21,545 nucleotides of DNA from Candidatus Rifleibacteriota bacterium (GTDB lineage: Bacteria > Muiribacteriota > Ozemobacteria > Ozemobacterales > Ozemobacteraceae): positions 1-21,545 of the forward strand of contig JBNJGH010000058.1 of assembly GCA_051747585.1 (NCBI GenBank). Direction: 5' to 3'. This document shows positions 1-8,740 of the stretch, one piece after another (the first letter of the stretch is position 1; every line of letters begins with the position of its first letter). Below the pieces are notes generated by a model. That model searched no databases. It was not told the DNA's origin and worked only from the letters and a program-made list of their open reading frames with translations. Both the position numbers and the translations under genes were made by a program.

Positions 1-431
1 TAGAACCGCAAAAAAAAATGTTGCCCGGAAACGGCGAAACCGTTCTGTTAGTAGAAAATGAAGCTGCAATGTTACCCATGATGAAAATGATGCTCGAAAG
101 ACTTGGTTTCAGGGTTTTAACAGCAAGAACGGCTAATACAGCATTTAACCTTGCCGAGAAACACAAGCAGAAAATAACCCTGTTGATAACAGACGTAATA
201 ATGCCGGAAATAAACGGTTACAAAATATACGAGATGGTTAAAAAGACAAATCCAGATATTAAACTTCTTTTCATGTCTGGCCACCCGGCAAATGTTCTGA
301 TTCATCGAGGGATTATTGGGAATAATTTGAATTTTCTTCAAAAACCCTTTTCCATGAGTGAATTCGCTCAAAAAATTGGAAAATTATTACTTGATTCGCA
401 AAATCCAGAAACTGACAAAAGTTCCAATTAG
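1..431 (+). CDS. Response-regulator receiver domain, probably the C-terminus of a hybrid histidine kinase (5'-truncated by the window)
   Basis: Receiver motifs ETVLLVENE, LLITDVIMP (phospho-Asp), FMSG and LQKPF. The frame stays open upstream of ATG 18 to the window edge (EPQKKM). LPGNGETVLLVE is typical of the kinase-to-receiver junction in hybrid kinases. Confidence 0.85.
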   Translation, partial: EPQKKMLPGNGETVLLVENEAAMLPMMKMMLERLGFRVLTARTANTAFNLAEKHKQKITLLITDVIMPEINGYKIYEMVKKTNPDIKLLFMSGHPANVLIHRGIIGNNLNFLQKPFSMSEFAQKIGKLLLDSQNPETDKSSN

Positions 432-519
432 CCTGGGGATGCCTTCTACAACTATAAAAGTAGGTTGTTACGATGCTGGCGTTTTCCGCCGGACTCTCAA
501 CGAAATGGCTGAAGATTTA
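391..519 (+). pseudogene. Possible degraded HAMP-domain fragment overlapping the end of the receiver gene
   Basis: The frame of ORF 358..558 reads LIRKIQKLTKVPISLGMPSTTIKVGCYDAGVFRRTLNEMAEDL, which resembles the HAMP pattern PIxxL...IxxGD...DExGxLxxxFNxMxxxL. No adjacent TM or output domain. Confidence 0.3.
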
Positions 520-549
520 CATGCAACCTACTCGCCAGACCAGTTTTTG

Positions 550-1872
550 CTACTTTGAGAGACATCCACCGCTCTGAATAAACTGCATTGCCGGGTATAG
601 TTTGTTATTTAGAAAATCAGAGAGAAGTTTAAGGTTTGGATAATTCTGGGCAAGCTTTTCAGCAGAAGTGGAATTTGTTTTTTCCTGGTTTATTAAACGT
701 TCCAGAGAGGGCGTGCGTCCCTTTGAAAATTTTTCCAGACTGGCGAGGAAGCCCATATACCTGGAAAATCCGGCAGAATAGTTGGGAAGAATTGCAAGAA
801 CCCTGTTAAGGTCAATTACCTGAGCCAAAAGAAAATATTGGACCCGAACCCCTTTATAGCTTGCCATTTTTTCGGAAACAAGAAAACGGAAATTAGCTTC
901 TGCATTCTTTAAACTCGACAAGAATGTACTGTAAACAACACAAACATCAGTTAAAATTGATTGAAGTTGCCAGGCATTTTCCCCGGAAAAATCTGCTCCA
1001 AGTGTCCCGGTCGAATAACCTGACACGAAAAGATTTAATGAAGGTTCCAGAGCAAAAAGAAACTGAAGACTTCTACGGGCGACATCAAGCCAAAGATTAC
1101 CCATGCGCTTGTGACATTCATAAAGCGCTCTTGACGGATAAGATAGCCCTGCAGATTTATTGCGCAGCTCTTTTATTTCGGCAAAAGTCGTTTTATAAAA
1201 ATCCGAATTTAGAAACGCTCTTGAAAATCGATAAATGTCGGCTAGATTTGCCAGAACATCTGAATAGCCACCGGGGGAAGTCAGGATCTTTGAATATGCA
1301 GTATCATCCAAGCCAATATCAGAGATATCTGAAAGGCTGATATTTTTGGGGGTGACCGGCGAAAAGAAAAGGGAACAGATTTCTGACCCGGCTTTATTTC
1401 TGTGTTTTCCCCATTTAAAAATGATTTCGCTATTATACAGGTTAGATTCAATCGCATTGGCTGTTTTTGGTTTAACCCGGGATGCGCCGATGTCCAGGTT
1501 CAGGTCTTCAACCTGAGAATAAAGCTGAGTCTGCTTATCGTCAATTCCTGTAAGTTTGGCAGAGTTTCCCTTGCCCTCAAGCTTAAACTCTAAATCTGAA
1601 AAAAACGGTGATTCATCTCTGACAATTGGCGTTAAAACCCTTTTGGAGTTGGAGATTCCCAAGGTATCAAAGGCTTTCGGATTTATCCAGAGTTCTTCAT
1701 TCAGATCCTCAATTACTTTTTGAGAACAAACCAAGGTTGAAATATGCTTGTCGCCGAACTCAATCTGAGACCTGAAAGCTCGCATGCCCATAATAAAACC
1801 GCCAATTACCAGAGAAACTATAAGAACTCCAATCATCACTTCAATAAGTGTAAAACCAGTCATTTTATTCAT
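550..1872 (-). CDS. Large (440 aa) type IV prepilin-like protein with N-terminal cleavage/methylation motif
   Basis: MNKMTG|FTLIEV followed by a ~20-aa hydrophobic helix. GGAGG RBS upstream; ATGA overlap with the upstream gene. Confidence 0.88.
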   Translation of the reverse strand: MNKMTGFTLIEVMIGVLIVSLVIGGFIMGMRAFRSQIEFGDKHISTLVCSQKVIEDLNEELWINPKAFDTLGISNSKRVLTPIVRDESPFFSDLEFKLEGKGNSAKLTGIDDKQTQLYSQVEDLNLDIGASRVKPKTANAIESNLYNSEIIFKWGKHRNKAGSEICSLFFSPVTPKNISLSDISDIGLDDTAYSKILTSPGGYSDVLANLADIYRFSRAFLNSDFYKTTFAEIKELRNKSAGLSYPSRALYECHKRMGNLWLDVARRSLQFLFALEPSLNLFVSGYSTGTLGADFSGENAWQLQSILTDVCVVYSTFLSSLKNAEANFRFLVSEKMASYKGVRVQYFLLAQVIDLNRVLAILPNYSAGFSRYMGFLASLEKFSKGRTPSLERLINQEKTNSTSAEKLAQNYPNLKLLSDFLNNKLYPAMQFIQSGGCLSK

Positions 1873-2468
1873 TCTATACCTCCGAAGGGCAACAGCTTGA
1901 CCTGCGTAGCGAAAGCAAATTCTCCGTCGCCACTTTTGAGAACCATGTTGAATTTTACCTGGTTTGGATTTGTTACAGTAAAGGTCAACCTTTTTAAAGA
2001 TTTTATAAGCACCTTTTCTGTATTAAGGCCACTCTTAGACCTGGAACCAATTAAGAAATTCTTCTCTTTTTCACTTAAAAAGCCCGCGCCTGATCTCCTG
2101 GTAAGCGACACCAGTCGATAAAGTGCTTCGTCTCTGTCTCCTGAATTTACTCCCTTTTCGGGCTGGCAATATAAAACATTTACCTCGTTTACAGAATTTC
2201 GAGTAACGAGAAAAGTAGCGGTTTCGCCCATAGCCGGCCGGATAACTTCAAGGCTTTCACGAATATGATCAATAAGCAGATTTGCAGACTTTGTACCCTC
2301 CTGATTGATTACAATACGATCCACAAGTCTTGTTTCTGAATCGCTCTTCTGCAAAAAATAGCTAAAAAACATACCTGTAAACAAAGCGAGGAGAATTGAA
2401 ACTATAATTATTTCAACCATAGTGAAGCCACTTCTAATTTTAAACCTTGTTTTTTTTACAAGAGTCAT
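1869..2468 (-). CDS. Type IV prepilin-like protein (PilW/GspJ-like minor pilin), ~199 aa
   Basis: Basic leader MTLVKKTRFKIRSG|FTMVEII plus hydrophobic helix. Start reassigned from 2534 to ATG 2468 because this gives a normal class III signal peptide. Confidence 0.85.
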   Translation of the reverse strand: MTLVKKTRFKIRSGFTMVEIIIVSILLALFTGMFFSYFLQKSDSETRLVDRIVINQEGTKSANLLIDHIRESLEVIRPAMGETATFLVTRNSVNEVNVLYCQPEKGVNSGDRDEALYRLVSLTRRSGAGFLSEKEKNFLIGSRSKSGLNTEKVLIKSLKRLTFTVTNPNQVKFNMVLKSGDGEFAFATQVKLLPFGGIE

Positions 2469-2610
2469 TTGAATTCTTTTTCTGAAGCAAACGAAGAGCA
2501 ACAAGAACTGGAAAAAATCATTACAGTTAAACACCTCTCTTGATGAGATTATGGTGAGATTATTTCAAGATAACGAAGCAGCCTTAATTTTTTTACAGAT
2601 ACTTTATCTA

Positions 2611-2644
2611 TAAAGGTTAACGTTTGCGAAATCAGATTTGTTCC
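2611..2644 (-). promoter_or_regulatory. Putative ECF sigma promoter for the 2468->550 prepilin pair
   Basis: Minus strand reads GGAAC aaatctgatttcgcaaa CGTT aac CTTTA (17-nt spacer). Confidence 0.7.
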
Positions 2645-2677
2645 CTAATAAAATCGTTCCAGCCATAAAAAATAACC

Positions 2678-2711
2678 GGAACATTCTGTTATATTCTGTC
2701 GTTTTACATTA
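2678..2711 (+). promoter_or_regulatory. Putative ECF sigma promoter upstream of 2906
   Basis: GGAAC attctgttatattctgt CGTT tta CATTA (17-nt spacer), divergent from the 2611..2644 copy. Confidence 0.7.
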
Positions 2712-2791
2712 TAAAATACAAAAATTTAAAGTGTAAAAGACTTTAAGCAGGGATCAAAAATGTCTTATTTATAGCTCTTATATATTTATTG

Positions 2792-2816
2792 TGACATTTA
2801 ATCAGAGCTAATGTCA
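2792..2816. promoter_or_regulatory. Inverted repeat, possible operator
   Basis: TGACATT-N11-AATGTCA in the divergent intergenic region. Confidence 0.3.
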
Positions 2817-2852
2817 ATCAAAAAGCAAATGAGTTACTGTTAAAAGGCAAAT

Positions 2853-2882
2853 TTGGCACAATCTTAATTAAATCCTTATAAT
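2853..2882 (+). promoter_or_regulatory. Putative sigma70-type promoter for 2906
   Basis: TTGGCA-N18-TATAAT, then RBS-like GAAAGGGA and ATG 2906. Confidence 0.55.
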
Positions 2883-2905
2883 TAGATATAGAAAGGGACA
2901 AATTC

Positions 2906-4204
2906 ATGCTGAATATTAATAAAACGGGCATGGTGCTGCCATTAATTGCATTAGCCGCTCTATCAATGGGGTTATTTATAGCTTCTTTAACATCTATGGG
3001 TCAAAGCTCACGTGCACGCATCACTCATCTTAACAAATCGCAGGCTTGCTATTATATTGCCCAGTCCGCTTATCAAAAGCTGATTGCCCGCATTCATAAG
3101 GAAGGTTGGTACAATCGCTGTTTTAAAAGCGGCCCACACCGGGAAATAAACCAGAACCTTCTTGATGGCTCATACGATTTACATGTAGAAAACACCCCCG
3201 GTCCAAACAAAGATTTTCAGATGGATATCTACATAAGAAGCCGCTTTGTTGAACATTCACGACTTTATTTCTGGCGAGTCATGTACCGCAGCGATTTACT
3301 TGATATATCTAACCGCAACTGGGTTGTTGAATACGCAAGCCTGCCTGAAGAAAATTTTCCTGCTGCTGCAGAGACAGGCGAATTTGCATCTAAAATTGAC
3401 AAGCTGATTAAAGAACGAAAAGCCAATGAATCAGCTACTGATGATCTTTCAGCAAAAATCATTCCGGCAACTACAATTAACGATGTACTTGATATCATCG
3501 GCAATCCAGACCCTAAAGCCACAAATACAGATGAATTTGAAAAAACGGTAAAGTTGCCCTCTTCCATAAAAGGAATTCCCCCCACTCCGTTTCCTGTTGC
3601 CCAGCCTGAGCCCGGCCCTGAAGAACCGGTGCCGGCTCCCATTCCTGATAATTCAGCGAGCACAGAGCAACCTTTGGATCCAAGTAATGACCCTGCTACA
3701 AACACAACCGCTGATGACACCCCGTTTCAAGGCTGGGCTGATAAGCCATCTGATTTAGGCGCCAACCTTGATCCGGGAGGCTTGACAGACGGCCAAGCTT
3801 ATGATCCCGGGCCGCAAATAAGTTCTGCTGAAACTTACTACAACAATTCTTCTGATATCGCTGAATCTGCGGAGATGCTATATACACTAACCAGAAAAGA
3901 AGCAGGGCTCTACATGCCCTCCGATGACCTTATCAGGGATGGATTAATCAAAGCACTCGAGCTTGTTAAAACCATTAATGCCAATGTTTCAAAAATGGAT
4001 GAGCTGTTAGCCAAAGCAAAGGAGCTGGCCGAAAACGTCTCTGTTACCCAAAGTTCGGGGACCCGTAACCAGCTGGAAAGCATAGTTAAGGAAATTTCTA
4101 CTCTGAATACTGAAAACGAAAGCCTTTACCAACAACTAAAAACGCTTTGTACTGCTATTGTTGGGCAATCACAGCAATATTCAGATTTTGGTAATGGATT
4201 TTAG
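2906..4204 (+). CDS. PilX/GspK-like minor pilin with Pro/acidic linker and C-terminal helical (coiled-coil-like) region
   Basis: NKTG|MVLPLI hydrophobic helix lacking Glu5, then QACYYIAQSAY, matching the PilX N-terminal QAxYxAExG pattern. PFPVAQPEPGPEEPVPAP linker. Confidence 0.72.
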   Translation: MLNINKTGMVLPLIALAALSMGLFIASLTSMGQSSRARITHLNKSQACYYIAQSAYQKLIARIHKEGWYNRCFKSGPHREINQNLLDGSYDLHVENTPGPNKDFQMDIYIRSRFVEHSRLYFWRVMYRSDLLDISNRNWVVEYASLPEENFPAAAETGEFASKIDKLIKERKANESATDDLSAKIIPATTINDVLDIIGNPDPKATNTDEFEKTVKLPSSIKGIPPTPFPVAQPEPGPEEPVPAPIPDNSASTEQPLDPSNDPATNTTADDTPFQGWADKPSDLGANLDPGGLTDGQAYDPGPQISSAETYYNNSSDIAESAEMLYTLTRKEAGLYMPSDDLIRDGLIKALELVKTINANVSKMDELLAKAKELAENVSVTQSSGTRNQLESIVKEISTLNTENESLYQQLKTLCTAIVGQSQQYSDFGNGF

Positions 4205-4357
4205 AATTTATATTGTATAATTTTATACATTCATGCCTATATAAACGTTTCCACTATTATTTAAAATAATTTAACAAACAGCCAATCAGCCCTCTCAAAG
4301 AATTCTGCTTCTCTGTTTGCAATATTATTTTACTGAATTCTTTTATAATCTTTTTTT

Positions 4358-4383
4358 TCCTGTCCCAAACAGGATTTTTTTTT
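4358..4383 (+). terminator. Possible intrinsic terminator
   Basis: TCCTGT-cccaa-ACAGGA 6-bp stem followed by T9. The stem is short. Confidence 0.4.
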
Positions 4384-4430
4384 CGTTTTCTTTAATAGAA
4401 CTTGCGTATATTATTTTGCAGGAGGAAAAA

Positions 4431-6029
4431 ATGAAGTTTCTGAGAATATTACTTGTTATCGCGCTAATTTGCGCTTTTTTCCCAGGAATCGCTTATTCAA
4501 GACTGACCGAAGGCAGCGGAGTTGATGAAAATGAAATAAATGAGGCTCGAGCGGAAATGATGGAAGCCTATGAAGCCCGGCGAGAATTTGGCCAGCAAAG
4601 ATACTATTCAGACGATCCGCCAGAGCAAAACAAGACTGAAGATGCTATTGATGAATATTTTGATCTCTGGGGCAACGGTTTGGAATTCACACATAAAAAA
4701 CTAACAGAATATATCGAATCGAGAAGAAATTTTACTAAGAACACATATAACAAAGGTAAAGATTTAGCAGATGCCTATTCTGAGTTTCGTAATAATGCCA
4801 AAGAGAAGCGCAACGAAATACTTGAAGACCTTTATAATAGGGGCAAAAAAGGGTTTCAAAACACTTTTGCAGGCATAAAGAGATTTGGTGAATGGATTAA
4901 TAGTATAGAAGTAGATGCCGATCTTGATGTCAGCATAACCGCAGGCGGTGACCGCGAGGTTGAAGATACAGCACCATCTGATGGTTTCGTTTTAGATGAG
5001 GGCGATGAGGACTTAACCAGCCCCCCCCATAACGCCCATCCAGACCATTACCTGCCTGAAGAAGCAGATCAAGGCTCTCAACCAGTCCCTGACCATTACC
5101 TGCCTGAAGAAGCAGATCAAGGCTCTCAACCAGTCCCTGACCACTATCTGCCTGAAGAAGCAGATCAAGGCTCTCAACCAGTCCCTGACCACTATCTGCC
5201 CGAAGAAGCAGATCAAGGCTCTCAACCAGTCCCTGACCACTATCTGCCCGAAGAAGTTGTCCAGGATAATGGCTCAGTGCCAGATCATTATCTGCCCTCC
5301 GTTCCTGGAAAAGTAAGGGTTGGTGGTTCAGTGCTTCGTGTAAGAACCACCCCATGGGGTGAAATTGTTGATCATCTCGCTGATGGTGCCGACATAAAAA
5401 TAATCGGCGAAAAAGATGACTGGTATCTTATTTCTCATAATGGTCAACAGGCCTATGTTCACAAAAATTATGTAGATACCCCTGAGCAAGATGCCTCAAT
5501 GCAAGAGCCTGTAACCGATGCTCCTGCCTCTGAGTCTGATCCCTCAGACAATATAGTTACTGACCCATCCTTGCTTTCAGGAAACGGAACCTCGCAAGCG
5601 GCTCTTTCCTGGGCTCTTAACCAAACGGCAGGAGGCAACCAGAATGGCTATAATCGCAACAACAGCCTGACTTCAAAAAACCCTGCATGTTGGAATAACT
5701 GGTGCCTGGCATTTTGTGCCACTGCTTACGGCAGAAAAATACCTGAATTAACCGCTGGATCTGCCATTGATTCATATTATAAATTTGAGCAGGCAGGCAA
5801 AATACAGCATTCAAGCCCACCACCTGCAGGCGCAGTTCTGTTTCAGGATAAAACCGGCAGAAATCCCTGGGGCCATATTTTTATTGCAACCGGAGAAACT
5901 GATTCAAGCGGCGATCCAATAATAGTTACCAGTGGTTGGCCTGGATATGACGGAATTCATAAGATAACACTGAGCAAGATGCGACAAATGTATTCTGCAA
6001 AATATCTGGGCTGGGCTCTTCCTAATTAA
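4431..6029 (+). CDS. Secreted SH3b + CHAP/NlpC-P60-like cell-wall hydrolase with internal 16-aa repeats (532 aa)
   Basis: GGAGG at 4421 before ATG 4431 (start reassigned from 4317). Signal peptide MKFLRILL...AYS. SH3b motif LRVRTTPWGEIV...IIGEKDDWYLI...AYVHKNYV. Catalytic-type NWCLAFC ... GAVLF ... WGHIFIA. Confidence 0.82.
   Translation: MKFLRILLVIALICAFFPGIAYSRLTEGSGVDENEINEARAEMMEAYEARREFGQQRYYSDDPPEQNKTEDAIDEYFDLWGNGLEFTHKKLTEYIESRRNFTKNTYNKGKDLADAYSEFRNNAKEKRNEILEDLYNRGKKGFQNTFAGIKRFGEWINSIEVDADLDVSITAGGDREVEDTAPSDGFVLDEGDEDLTSPPHNAHPDHYLPEEADQGSQPVPDHYLPEEADQGSQPVPDHYLPEEADQGSQPVPDHYLPEEADQGSQPVPDHYLPEEVVQDNGSVPDHYLPSVPGKVRVGGSVLRVRTTPWGEIVDHLADGADIKIIGEKDDWYLISHNGQQAYVHKNYVDTPEQDASMQEPVTDAPASESDPSDNIVTDPSLLSGNGTSQAALSWALNQTAGGNQNGYNRNNSLTSKNPACWNNWCLAFCATAYGRKIPELTAGSAIDSYYKFEQAGKIQHSSPPPAGAVLFQDKTGRNPWGHIFIATGETDSSGDPIIVTSGWPGYDGIHKITLSKMRQMYSAKYLGWALPN
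5040..5297 (+). repeat. In-frame 48-bp tandem repeat encoding PDHYLPEEADQGSQPV
   Basis: Units start at 5040, 5088, 5136 and 5184 (identical in protein), 5232 (diverged second half) and 5280 (PDHYLP only). Confidence 0.97.
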
Positions 6030-6035
6030 TGAGAG

Positions 6036-6995
6036 GTGAATAAAATGAAAATCAGGATATTTATTTTGTTAACTATTATTCTTATCGCTATGACAAATCA
6101 TCTATATTCGGCAAAACTTGCAATAGGCTTTGACGCAGATCAGATTGGAATTTTAAATTCATCTGACTTTAAAGGTCCCGTCGGTTTGGCAATGCCCTAT
6201 GGTCCTCAAGCAATTAAAAATATTGACGAAACCACCAAAATTCTAGATTCTGTTGGCAGAAAAATCGTAACTGTTGATAAAGAGGGAAAGGTTCTTGACA
6301 CCCTTGATCTCAAAAGTATACCAAAACAATATTTGCCAATAGACTTTTGTATTAGTGACGAAGGCGATAAAAAAGCTCTTTGGCTTCTTGGTAATAATGG
6401 AAAAACCCTTATAAAGTTAAGCTTAGAAGGAAAAGTTATTGGCGTTGTAAAAAGTGACCATGACTTTTTTAAAGAAGCCTTTTTCCCTGATACTATCCAT
6501 GCAGGCCCGGAGGGGCAAATAATAATAAGCGATTCAAGCCTGAAAAAAATTGCAATAATGGATAAAAATGCAAAATTGATTCGTACAATAGATATGGTTG
6601 GCGAAAGCTGTTTTGTTAACAGCAAACATGAAATAATGATGGTTTATCACGAATTTGACTTCTGGAATCTGAGAAAAGTTGACATAAATGGAAAATTGAT
6701 TAACGACAGGCCTATTTGGAAAGTTAAAGCAGATTCAATTAAAATCGTTGGGGTTTTTAATAATTCAGACTTTCTTATTCATTATCAGTTACTGACCCCT
6801 CAAGGCCCAATTGAAAAAGTAGCTCGCTGTAACGGGCATGGTGAATTAATTAACGTTTCTGTGCTGGAGACCCTTCCGAATTCAAAACACCCTGTTGCTA
6901 TTGGAACTAAGGGCTTTATCCTTTATTTTGGAGAACTCAGTGACAAATGGTTGGAACTTACAGGAGTTTCTCTTTCGACTATGGCCGAAGGTTAA
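6036..6995 (+). CDS. Secreted protein, probable NHL/beta-propeller fold
   Basis: Signal peptide ending LYS-A. Repeated blade-like motifs GPQAI, ILDSVGRKIVTVDKEGK, PIDFCI, PDTIHAGPEGQIIISDS. Starts 6 nt after the previous stop, with a GAGAGG RBS. Confidence 0.65.
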   Translation: MNKMKIRIFILLTIILIAMTNHLYSAKLAIGFDADQIGILNSSDFKGPVGLAMPYGPQAIKNIDETTKILDSVGRKIVTVDKEGKVLDTLDLKSIPKQYLPIDFCISDEGDKKALWLLGNNGKTLIKLSLEGKVIGVVKSDHDFFKEAFFPDTIHAGPEGQIIISDSSLKKIAIMDKNAKLIRTIDMVGESCFVNSKHEIMMVYHEFDFWNLRKVDINGKLINDRPIWKVKADSIKIVGVFNNSDFLIHYQLLTPQGPIEKVARCNGHGELINVSVLETLPNSKHPVAIGTKGFILYFGELSDKWLELTGVSLSTMAEG

Positions 6996-7003
6996 ATAAA
7001 GAT

Positions 7004-7037
7004 GGAACAAAAAATAAACAGCCGGCATTTGCCTTTA
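7004..7037 (+). promoter_or_regulatory. Putative autoregulatory ECF promoter upstream of the sigma gene
   Basis: GGAAC aaaaaataaacagccgg CATT tgc CTTTA (17-nt spacer, one mismatch to CGTT). Confidence 0.6.
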
Positions 7038-7129
7038 CAATGCTAAATAAAACTGCCTGACTATGTTCGGTAAAGAAAGCTGTGTTACAATTGTTTTATT
7101 AATTCAAATAAAGTTGTGCAGGGACTAGT

Positions 7130-7696
7130 GTGTGTTTTAAAAATACCCTGACAAACCAGGATGACGAGCAGCTCGTTTTGTCCTTTCTAAAAGGAAATAA
7201 AGCGTGCTTCGAAGTATTATTCGATCGCTATCTTTATAGAATTGTTAGATATATATCAACTTTAATTAAAGACCCGGATGAAGCTAAAGATTTAAGTCAG
7301 GAAGTTTTTATAAAAGTTCACAAGGCATTGCCAACCTACAAATCCTCAGGAAAGTTCTCCAGCTGGTTATTCACGATAGCCAGAAGAACGGTTATAGATT
7401 CGCAGCGAAAAAAGAAACGTGCCATTGTCTTTAAGATTAGAGACGAAGAACTTCAAGACATTCCGGGAGAAACCTCCGCTGACGAAAAATTAGTTGAAGA
7501 ATCGGTTTCAGAAATACTTCAAGGTATCAATGAGGCACACAAAGAGATTCTTCTGCTACGAATAGTTGAAGGTATGTCATACAACAAGATTGCAGAAATT
7601 ACCGGTCAGACCGCCGGCAATTTGCGTAAAATAGTTTATAGAACTATCAAAAAGCTTTATCCCGACAACGACCGTGAACAAACGCAGGAAAACTGA
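7130..7696 (+). CDS. ECF-family RNA polymerase sigma factor
   Basis: 188 aa. Region 2 DEAKDLSQEVFIKV...FSSWLFTIARRTVID; region 4 EILLLRIVEGMSYNKIAEITG. Confidence 0.95.
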   Translation: MCFKNTLTNQDDEQLVLSFLKGNKACFEVLFDRYLYRIVRYISTLIKDPDEAKDLSQEVFIKVHKALPTYKSSGKFSSWLFTIARRTVIDSQRKKKRAIVFKIRDEELQDIPGETSADEKLVEESVSEILQGINEAHKEILLLRIVEGMSYNKIAEITGQTAGNLRKIVYRTIKKLYPDNDREQTQEN

Positions 7697-7744
7697 CAGA
7701 ACCGGGTTATCTGCCCTGGACTGCAGAAAGGAGAGTTCAAAATA

Positions 7745-8728
7745 ATGAGCTGCAAAAAAGTTGAAAACTGGATTGAATCCAGGAATTGCACTATCAACGA
7801 ACTCCCCGCTGAACTAAAGAGCCATGCTAAAACTTGCAAAGCTTGCGCCTCTTTCCTTAAAGCCATTGGTTTATTATCGGGCTCATTACAAAATTATGAG
7901 ATTAGCAAAGCAGACCTTGCGGAAATAAAGACTAATGTATTCAATGAACTAGGCATCACCCCTGTATCTTCAGCAAATTCAACCTCCGGCTCACACTCCA
8001 GGTTAAGCGCTCTGTTAACCAGACCAGCATCCATAATGGTTGCGGCAATAATCGCAACAGGGGCGTTAATCCTGCCCTTAGCCATCAGAAAAGACCCACA
8101 AAAAAACATAAAAAGTAACCAGCCAGTTGTTAAATCCGTGAAAAAAGTCCAACAAGCCGACCAACAAACTTCGGCAATTATTGCAGGCCAAAATGCCAAA
8201 TTAAAAGATGCTTCAGGTAATTGGAGCGAATTAAGCGACACTCGCCTGCAAATGGTTTCAGGAAACTCGCTTGTTTTGAATAATACTGATTCCAGAGCGA
8301 AACTGGTATTCTCAGAAGGAACAATATTGTTTATTCATGGTTCAGGCGAACTAAGACTCGAAAATAATTCTCTAAAAGCTGTAAGACTCGATGCAAAACT
8401 AATCTTGTATGCAGGAGATCGGCCTTGTAACCTTGAAATTAGCGAGACAAAATTAAGTTTTGCCGCTAAAAAGCAAATTTTCGCAATAGATACGGAAAAA
8501 AATAGTATCAAGGTATTTCAAGGAAGGTTAGACATTGATGCTGCCAATGAAACAAAAAAACTAAAAGCCGGCGAATGGTATGATTCTACAACTCAAACCA
8601 TACAATCAATAAACGACAAAAAGCCAGACCAACCGACGTTAAACCACCATAATCCTATTCCTGTTTCTCAAAACGATGAGCGAGGCAATCCTGTGGAATC
8701 TGCCGCTGATGGCTTTAAGCCAGATTAG
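7745..8728 (+). CDS. Membrane anti-sigma factor: zinc-binding N-terminus, one TM helix, FecR-like extracytoplasmic domain
   Basis: MSC...HAKTCKAC (ZAS HxxxCxxC). TM IMVAAIIATGALILPLAI. FecR-like SRAKLVFSEGTILFI and IKVFQGRL...LKAGE. Directly downstream of the ECF sigma; AAGGAG RBS. Confidence 0.85.
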   Translation: MSCKKVENWIESRNCTINELPAELKSHAKTCKACASFLKAIGLLSGSLQNYEISKADLAEIKTNVFNELGITPVSSANSTSGSHSRLSALLTRPASIMVAAIIATGALILPLAIRKDPQKNIKSNQPVVKSVKKVQQADQQTSAIIAGQNAKLKDASGNWSELSDTRLQMVSGNSLVLNNTDSRAKLVFSEGTILFIHGSGELRLENNSLKAVRLDAKLILYAGDRPCNLEISETKLSFAAKKQIFAIDTEKNSIKVFQGRLDIDAANETKKLKAGEWYDSTTQTIQSINDKKPDQPTLNHHNPIPVSQNDERGNPVESAADGFKPD

Positions 8729-8740
8729 GTCTAAAATAAT

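Noticed and set aside
18..431. Pseudo-receiver because of VENE instead of VEDE
   Set aside because: The phospho-acceptor Asp, the Ser and the KP motif are intact; one substitution is not enough to call it inactive.
2656..2660. Extra GGAAC on the minus strand
   Set aside because: No CGTT at the 17-nt spacing.
2854..2868. Sigma54 promoter TGGCAC
   Set aside because: The -12 GC is absent (GG-N10-AT); the site fits better as a sigma70 -35 box.
4317..4430. Longer N-termini given by the ORF track (4317, also 2534 and 10929)
   Set aside because: Downstream ATGs (4431, 2468, 11001) place signal or prepilin peptides at the N-terminus; 4431 also has a GGAGG RBS.
4973..4988. CCATCTGATGG(T/C)TTCG (PSDGF) shared with about 14864 in the GH gene
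   Set aside because: Short match in low-complexity linkers with no flanking similarity; likely chance.
5021..5028. C8 tract in the hydrolase gene as a phase-variation switch
   Set aside because: Short and in frame; no evidence of length variation from a single sequence.
5040..5297. Tandem repeat as a CRISPR array
   Set aside because: Units are contiguous with no unique spacers, have a 48-bp in-frame period inside a CDS, and no cas genes are present.
4930..5355. Antisense ORFs 4930..5355 and 5013..5240, and the other short ORFs nested in or opposite long genes
   Set aside because: Shadow frames of well-supported genes or of the repeat, with no recognisable motifs.
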